In this document: positions 54,950 through 64,000 of the stretch, in pieces
Position numbering within the stretch: the stretch's first letter is position 1
Layout: each line of letters begins with the position of its first letter
Assembly: GCA_964016885.1 (NCBI GenBank)
Contig: OZ024744.1
Coordinates: 37,324,001 to 37,388,000, forward strand
Direction of reading: 5' to 3'
DNA: 64,000 nucleotides
Origin: Eledone cirrhosa
Taxonomy: Eukaryota
Translations under genes and position numbers: made by a program
Notes under the pieces: generated by a model
What the model was told of the DNA's origin: nothing
The model's input: only the letters and a program-made list of their open reading frames with translations
The model's database searches: none

Positions 54950-56900
54950 TCAAATCATTTCTCTTCCATTTCATTCGAACAAATTGTAACTCTTGGTTTT
55001 GGTAAGATAGTTCTAATAATTGTTGATTTCATTAATGTTGAAACCTCTGGAAAGTAAGACAATACATTTTAGTCGTATAAGATCTGTGACAATGTCGTCA
55101 GTTCTCAATTAAATAAATTGATAATTGCTGAAGTGGTCAGATTCTTATCAAAACGTCAATATTTGACTGAATCCACTCAAAGTTATTCTGAGAGATTACG
55201 TGTGTCAGGAGTTTTTTGTGAATTTTATGAAAGTGACGATGATATATGTTTCAAAGTAAACTCTTAGATATCATTCAATCAATTGAGCATCATGTAAAGT
55301 CAAGTGATCTGAAGCATAATGTCATGCATTGAATTCATTCAACAGCTTGGCATGATTTCTAAATTTCAGATGATTGAAAGAGAAAAATAGAAAGTAAGTG
55401 TGATCATGATAATGTCACTGTGTCATGTGTTAATAGAAAGAAATATAAATCTCCTTCTATAATGTAATTTCGCATGCACCATGAAAATGTCCTACATTTG
55501 ATAAAACATGGAAAAAGACAGCACCACTTTCAGATAGTATGTAAATTGACAAAAAGTGTTTGAAAAAATTTTAAATCAAATTCTGCAATTATTTATGGTA
55601 TTAAAATAAAATACTACACTGATAAATGTGAAACTCAATAATGTTAAGACTAATATGTACGTTGATTCTTGCAATGAGCAAACTATATCTTAGAACTTCT
55701 TAATGAATTTCAATACTTGAATCACTAAGTTGAATCACTTTGATTCCAAACTGAAGTAATTTGAAGGTCGCTCACACCAATTTTCAGAAAATTTAATGCA
55801 GTAATTAAAACTAATACGAAGATAGAATTTCTGAGTGTTATTGTTGCTTGTTAAAAATAAAAACCACGCACTTGATAGTATGGACGTGGTGAAAGCTGCT
55901 AGATCGATTTTAAATCATGAGATCAATGCTCCAGGATATTTTGGAAGATTAAGATGTTTTAGGGCTAATAACAGTCTTCTCAAAGGAAATATCTGATTAT
56001 GTATTTTTAAGCAAGACATTACCAATGCACATTAAGCCAATAGTCTTAAAAAGCCGAAGAATCTACTTAATTGAAGCGGTTTCTAAAGAAATTTCTCGCG
56101 GTGTATATGTGTGGTTGAGAGGTGGATGAAATTTCGGAATATGTCGAGTAATATTCTTATTGTCATAATCGGGTTGAAAATAGAATCAAAGAGAGGGAAT
56201 TAAACATTACAAACTGCCTTTTCCTAAAAAAAAAAAATGTGTTCTCGAAAAATTTACCGTTGCTCCTGGCAACTGCTCCTTAATGAAGTTTGTGTTGTCT
56301 AAGAGTTGATCGATGCATGTTATACAAGACGTTATACAGAAGCTACTATTGTGGGAATCAATTCACAGGAGACTCAGTAGAAGACCTGCTTGAACACTCA
56401 CCGTTCAACTGTCAGACGATACAAACCTCAGCAGTTGTCAGGAATAATGGAAAATCGTGAATTGTGAAGAGACTGTCAGGAATGTTCGACTGCTAGAGGT
56501 TCTATTAATATATGTATATTTAAACCGCTTATTTGATAGTAGTCGAGTAATCAGCCAGACAGAAAGACTTCTTATTCTATCAAATATGGTAGGTAGATAA
56601 ATACGATCCCCAATAGCAATATCCTATGAAACTGCAGTCTTAGTTTGGTATTAATGCAGAAGAAGTACTGGAGCCATAATAACGTAGATATATATCTCAA
56701 GTATGTAGAATTACAGTTATGATTCTTAAAAGTGAACCGAGTATTTTAATCTCATACAGATCAAATAAAGAATGATACAAGTATTAATTATGAATGAAAT
56801 ATAGAAGAATCAGTATCTGAAGCTTCGAAAGGTAACACGCATTCCCTTAATAATGATTGTGATATAATAACTGATTCTAAATCAAAATACAGTGAATCTA
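54950..56900 (+). pseudogene. Possible ancient hAT-type transposase remnant
   Basis: Only scattered motif-like traces in colinear order (I.HH..S..H TTF-finger-like, D...EQ, PN..I..); no open frame. Confidence 0.3.
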
Positions 56901-56956
56901 CAAATTATATTAGCCACTGTTATCGAATAAAGAAATTGATTAAACGTAGTCGTTTC

Positions 56957-57385
56957 CGAGAGTCGGACAACATGCTTTATGGCATTGAGTTACGCCCCTT
57001 TACGATCTGAGTTCAAATCTTGACGAGGTTAACTTTGCCTTTCATCCTTACGAGGTCGATAAAATAAAGTAGCAGTAATGCACTGGAGTCGATTTATTCG
57101 ACTTTCCACTCACCCAAAATTGTTGGAATTGTGCCTATATCAGAAACCAATACTACTACATGCATCAGAGTGGTAGAGTGTTGGATAAATACCACTGTGG
57201 TATGTAGTTATGACTTTCTACGTTCTGAGTTCAAATCGTGCCGAGGTTAACTTTGCCTTTTATCCTTCCGGGGGCGAGGGAGGGGGTCAATGAAATAAAG
57301 TACCACTTAAATACTGGGATCAATTTAATGAAATTTGACCTTCTCACAAAATTGCTGACATTGTGTCTAAATTAGACAGCAATAT
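56957..57385 (+). mobile_element. Two adjacent SINE family B copies
   Basis: B box GAGTTCAAATC and TAACTTTGCCTTT(C/T)ATCCTT core present twice. Confidence 0.75.
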
Positions 57386-57868
57386 TGCTACATGTATGGG
57401 AGGTTGTGAATTTGGTTGAATTAGTATAGCACCGGATATAACAAATTTGAGGAATTTGTTCTAACTTCACCGACGTCATATGTTTTTCTTCTTTCCGGCG
57501 TCGAAAAAATTAAGTAGAAGACATGTCCTGGGATTGATTTAATCAACTGCGCCCTTCCCTCAAAATTTGAAGGCCTTCTCTCTAAATTAAATATTAACAT
57601 TACGACATACGTTTTGCGTTGTTGCATGTGACCACGACTGTTTAAGATGTCTAAAATTTGATGAAATAGTTTTGTTTTTAAGTTGGAAGAAGCATCTACA
57701 AAACAAAAACAGTAGGTAACAATATTTTGATAAACATTATGACTCTACATTACAAAGTTAAAGACACATTACATTAATGTAATCCTTGATATACTTTATC
57801 TGAATAAACCATCAAATAGTGTTCATAGTTCTTAACTTGGATTATTTGAGGTATCTGCTAATTAACTA

Positions 57869-58040
57869 TTATTAGTAAGTATCGGTAGAGGGTCGGACAC
57901 CATGCTTTGACGCATTGAGTTACGGCCCTTGCCGAGGTTAACTTTGCCGTTCATCCTTACGGGGTCGATAAAATAAAGTACCAGTAATACACTGGGATAA
58001 TTGCTGGCCTTGTGCCAAAAGTAGAAACAATTATTAGTAA
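57869..58040 (+). mobile_element. SINE family B with 11-bp target-site duplication
   Basis: ATTATTAGTAA on both sides. Confidence 0.8.
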
Positions 58041-58478
58041 ATAGGGCTTTTATTTCAAATAACAACAATATTACGGATATCAAAAACGGAAAATGAACGG
58101 AAGGGAAGGGTCTATGGGGTCACAGAAGAATGGGAGGGGAAATGGAAGGAGAGGGGTAGGGCTGTAGCCATATGGCGCGGTGATATTGTGGCTCCGTTCC
58201 GTGGACAAGACCTCAAAAGTATTTCCGTGGACAATGGCCAGTGACACGCACTGCAACTACCATCCCACCTCGCTGGGCTTCTTCCTCAGACAAGCTGCTG
58301 AAATTCCAAATTTGCCAAGAAGGTCGGCAGTACGGGGTTCAAATACGCCTGAGGTTTCGACAGCGATCGGTTGCGAAGGGGAAGAGGCCGGATAATCCGC
58401 GGTATTTGTTTGTCTTAGATCTGAAGCTAAAAATAACCACCACCTAGAGCAAGAACAACATATTTCAAAGAAATCAGT

Positions 58479-58515
<37 letters not shown>

Positions 58516-58703
58516 AAAGAAGCAACGGAGCAAAGGACCCGCGTTGTTGCCTCTAATATAATGAGCTCAAGGAAGTTTTCCGAGGTCTTCAAAATATATA
58601 TGAGAGAATGCATGAAAAGAACATGTTTATATGTTTATATTACCACTAGAGTGAAAGACATATAAACTGTGAATGGTTCGGGAAATACATTATAATCAAA
58701 CAG

Positions 58704-58774
<71 letters not shown>

Positions 58775-58782
58775 TACATACA

Positions 58783-58928
<146 letters not shown>

Positions 58929-60748
58929 ATGCTCAAGACCCCGACGGCACAGCTCAAGCTGTTTCGACGGGGTCTTGAACATTTTCCTATTACCCACTCT
59001 ACTACCCTAACTGTTGAAACTCTAGTGCGTTATGGTCCACCTGGTTCCTTACCACACTTCCTTAGTCATATACATATATATATATACATATATAATATTT
59101 CATTGATTTCTAACATCAGCCTAAGAAAACACATTTTGAGGGAGATATGCGTCGCTTATAATGATATCAGGTCTTCACTTGTACTTTATTTTATCGAACA
59201 CGGAATGATGAAAGGCACAGTTAACCTCGGTGTAGACTTGTCAACACGCCCATTCCGACGGGGAAATCTCCCACCAACTTTCGGGTGGGTGAGACATGTC
59301 TTCTCTTGTGAAAATACGTATAGCTTTCATTATGTAAAATCTCCCCATTTTGCCTCATTTCTCCCCGTTTTGGGGCACTTTTTCTCATGGTACTCCCCGT
59401 TTGAGTTTTAAGAAATGCTTGTCGGTGGGATTTGAATTACTAAAGCATAAGGCCATAACTAAAGACCTCAATACATTTTGACTGACGCCTCTAAGCATTC
59501 GATCAATCTAACGGCCATTAGAATGTATATATATAGTATTTTACCTCCATGTTCTTCGGTTTTTAACCACATTATTATATATAACGATATAAATTCTGTT
59601 GCTGTCTCAATTAACGGAGGTGTATCCGCAGATTACACGGCATCGAAAACTAAATAGGATAGAGATTACAACAGTTCAAGCAATGACTAAAGCTATATTT
59701 CCCTTCACGTTTCAGTCAGTATTAGAAAATTACCAAGATTGTTCGTTATCTGTATAATGAAACTTTGGCATATTATTTTTGTTTTACACACACTACCTAG
59801 CGCTGATAAGAGAAAAAAAAATACGCCATCGACCAAAGTGAGTTCAGATCCACTATACGATGATCTTCCTTCTCCTTACTACCACTAATCGATTTGATTA
59901 TTATAACTGAGACGTCATTTTGTTTCGTTTAATTTTCTTTATCTAGTTATATATATATGTATTTTATTTTAATTTTTTTATTTTTTGGCATGTCTGTATT
60001 TTTTTGTGTATAGGGGTCGGGAAGTTCTGTTTGATTTAGATTCAGGCAAAATAATAGAGCACGAAAAGAAAAAAAAAGAATGAGATAGATAGAGGTTAGA
60101 GAAATGGGAAAAAGAAAGATACCTTATTATTTTTTAATTCCTCTTCTTTACATGCACTTAGTCATTATAAATCATATCCAGTTTATAGGTTATAATTAAA
60201 ATTATCATGTAAATTATTATTCTAACGAAAAAAATATTGCATTTAATAAAATCAATGAACGATACAAAAAAATTGTTTGTTCATTATTGATGCTGTAAAT
60301 GTTTTTCTTTTTAAATGTTATCTTAAAATAATGTTCGTATTGGCGTTATTTGTGTTTCTTCGTTTCTTTACTATTTAAATTGTTCTTAAGGCTTCCATTT
60401 TCAAATTACTTGTAAAATTAGTCGACCATCATTAAAAATGTTTTCGCTCTTGGCAATATGACGAGGAAGGAAGAAAGGGTAATATTTCTGCATCTAGTAG
60501 TTGTTACGGGGAAAGATGATTGGAAAGAGGAGGATTGAAGGAGAAGTAATTGAGGACATAGCTTTTCCTCTCGGGCTAAATCTTAATCAATTTCCTCGAA
60601 AATCAGTACATTTTATGGACGTTGGGTTTCGGGTGAACGAGTAACAATTGGTAGTAATTGGCTTGCCAAATAGGAAAGCGTCTCGTTTGACTTTTAATCC
60701 TGGTGAGATCCATCCATTTCCACTACAAAGCATTATATATTTCTTCTA

Positions 60749-60960
60749 GAGCGCGGTGGATTGGCAGTATCGGTAGAGCGTAGAACACCATGATTTGCGG
60801 CATAGAGTTACGACCTTTTACGTTCTGAGTTCAAATTCTGCAGATGTTAGCTTTGCCTTCATCCATAAGGGGTCGATAAAATAAATTACCAGTAATGCAC
60901 TGGGGTCAATATAATCTCCCCCCCCCCTAACTTCGCTTGCCTCGTGCCTTAATCAGAAAC
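60749..60960 (+). mobile_element. Full-length SINE family B with 18-bp target-site duplication
   Basis: CATTATATATTTCTTCTA at 60731-60748 and 60961-60978; A box TGGCAGTATCGG, B box GAGTTCAAATTC. Confidence 0.9.
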
Positions 60961-61452
60961 CATTATATATTTCTTCTATAGAGAAAGATAAAGATAGCTA
61001 TAGATAACTGAGAAATATATATTGAACAATCAACAAGCACAGAATTGGTATGTTAAAACAAAGTACCAGTGATGCACTGGGGTAATTGCTGGCCTTGGGC
61101 CAAAAAGTAGAAACAATTATTGCCATCATCATTAACGTTGCTGTTTGCTACAGTTGTTGTTATTGTTGCTGTTGTTGTGGTCGGGGTCAAACTTATGTTC
61201 AAAGATATTTCAAAGACTATTATCCCATTAGTCATAGAATATGTCTGTGACAACTTTAACAAAATGTCTAGTTTACTCTACTAAGACGCATGGGTGTGAT
61301 TTGAGGCTATATTTCATGCTATGTCTAGCAGACTGGGAAACCACTAAGAGTCTAGCCTAGCAGTATCTTTGAAGCTGTAATATTGGACTGTTGTATTGTG
61401 TCATTGCAATTGGAACATTCACATACACATGCACGCACACACGCACACACAT

Positions 61453-61483
<31 letters not shown>

Positions 61484-61548
61484 ATATATATAGTAATAAT
61501 AATAAATTTGAAGATTAAAATCTGTTATTTTAATATATTATCTATATA

Positions 61549-61596
<48 letters not shown>

Positions 61597-61620
61597 TATA
61601 TGTTTATATATGTATATTTA

Positions 61621-61691
<71 letters not shown>

Positions 61692-61759
61692 ATATATATG
61701 TATATATATATATACACATATATATACACATATATATATATGTATATATATATATACAC

Positions 61760-61802
<43 letters not shown>

Positions 61803-62207
61803 TACATACATTAATTTTATTTTCATTTATATATATATATATAGAGGTAAAGGGATGATTAACATATATAAGCGTTATAATAGGGTTTTATTCCAAGCAT
61901 TAATAAGCAATTAATTCTTGTCTTGAAGCCGCTATCATCAATAGTCGATTGAGTATTGTGAAATTCGATTTTAAATACACAATACAATGCAGTCACAAAG
62001 TGAATTATCAAAATACTGATCATGGATTTAGTACCAGAGCGGTTTTATACCAAATAACATAAACAGCAATGTGAAAATTACATACTTCAGGGGGTGGGGA
62101 GATGGGTATAATATAATATAAAAGAGTAGAAGAATATTATTTTCAATAACCGATATATAAGCTGATAGCTTATTTTACCTCATAACCGAGCGAGTAATAT
62201 TAATAGT

Positions 62208-62396
62208 TGGGGATTGGCAGTATCGGTAGAGGGTCGGACGACTTGCTTAGCAGCAAAGAGTTACGCCTCTTTATGGTCTGAATTCAAATCCCGCCGAGGT
62301 TAACTTTGCCTTTCATCCTTACGAGTTCGATAAAATAAAGTACCTGTAATACACTGAGTAATTGCTGTCCTTGTGCAAAAAGTAGAAACAATTATT
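62208..62396 (+). mobile_element. SINE family B
   Basis: Same head, core and GAAACAATTAT tail. Confidence 0.8.
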
Positions 62397-62814
62397 TGGA
62401 ATTTTCGATAGATTGAAATTGAGCAAATTATAGCAATGTGTAGAGTTTAAATATTTCAGTAAACTGGAAACAACATCGTCATATTTGTAAAGTTATATGT
62501 TAATCCATATCGATAGTTATTTAACTAAATATTTCATTACTTCCGGTATTTTTATATGTTTTAAGTGAGCACTTCGGAAGGTGCCTTTCATCTACCCCCA
62601 CATCCTTCCGCTATAGCCCACCACACCACACAGTCTGCATGCCGGATGCTAGTTGCATACACACCCACCCACAAACACACACATGTCAGACACACACGTG
62701 TATACACACGTACACACCTACGCCTCCCCATGGACATACCTACGCCTCCCCATATTTAAATAGGTGTATATATAGATATATAGCTTCGTGTGTGTGTACA
62801 TATATATATATATA

Positions 62815-62862
<48 letters not shown>

Positions 62863-62906
62863 TATACATACTTACATATATATATACATATATATATATA
62901 CACATA

Positions 62907-62980
<74 letters not shown>

Positions 62981-63033
62981 TATATATATATATGAACACG
63001 CATATAGTAATCTTATGTGTGCGTGTGTATGTG

Positions 63034-63074
<41 letters not shown>

Positions 63075-63475
63075 ACATGAGACTGTTGTGCTGTCTCTAA
63101 AGGTTTTCCTCTACTGACGAGAAGGGGCAATTAGTAGATACGTGTACTATTCTTTGTGCGTGCGTGTGTGAGCGCGGTACGTATGTGTTTGTTTATTGTT
63201 TGTGTATCTCCATGCATAAATGAATGTGTATTCCAATGTGTACGATTGTTTTACTGGAGTTCTTTATCTTCTAAAAGAAGCTCTTGGAATATTAATGAGG
63301 CTTAAAAGACATCCAATTGTCTGGAGATTGGCGTCAACAGTCTAAGAACGCCGCTCTCAAGATGTGCGCCACTGAATGATTTCACTTAAATAGTTTACAC
63401 GCTAATCATGTGCATGCCTGTGTATTCATGTATGTATCGTATGTATGCATATAAATGTATATATATGTATATATA

Positions 63476-63518
<43 letters not shown>

Positions 63519-64000
63519 GTGTTTGTATGTTTGTATGTATATAAGTATATACATATATATGTATTATATATAGAGTTATAAACTCAAATAGTCTTTTACA
63601 ATTAAATAGCTCAAAGAAAGGAATATTTCTGAACCGTGTAATACAAATGAATATATGATAGGGATAAACACTGATACAACTATACATGTGTTCGCATTGC
63701 AATTGACCAAGTTAGCTAGATTGAAAAATACTAATTAAAATAATACGGTTTGCCTGTCTCGATTTAAAATAATAAATCAATAAAAACAAACCTATAATGG
63801 CAATAGCCGTGATACCTGGACAAATTTTAAATTTTAAATTTTAAATTTGTTTCGCAACAATTAAGCGAAAGTTCTTATTCCTGTGCTCTTCTGCAGGTAT
63901 CCAGAAATTGGTAAGTTTCACTTCAAAATACTTAAGAAGACTGAGAGAAATGTGTTGTTGAACGCACATGTGTCATAGCGCCTAGCACTTCCCATACTCG

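Noticed and set aside
63110-63138. TCTA-CTGACGA...TAGA
   Set aside because: No stem II partner or GAAA.

Overview
AT-rich, microsatellite-dense animal genomic DNA with no recognisable host gene. The repeat repertoire suggests an octopod cephalopod (inference). The window is almost entirely transposon-derived. It holds a ~15-kb nest (13.8-28.7 kb) of R4/Dong (RT + restriction-like endonuclease) and Tx1/L1-type LINEs inserted in (TAA)n tracts, one Penelope-like element (PLE) with an open RT + GIY-YIG frame (31.1-35.1 kb), several other PLE remnants, a decayed Helitron, two tRNA-derived SINE families and many simple repeats. The main signal outside the ORF track is RNA structure. About a dozen hammerhead-ribozyme (HHR) motifs lie in (TA)n-flanked PLE termini, and three unrelated families carry a compensated U3-A8 core. 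One HHR sits in a retrozyme-like direct-repeat unit, and long palindromes place ribozymes on both strands. Most notably, two diverged 102-nt copies (6734-6835, 7895-7996) share an RNA motif whose hammerhead core strands occur in a non-circularly permuted, pseudoknotted order supported by compensatory base changes. All structures were paired by eye; no folding or database search was run.
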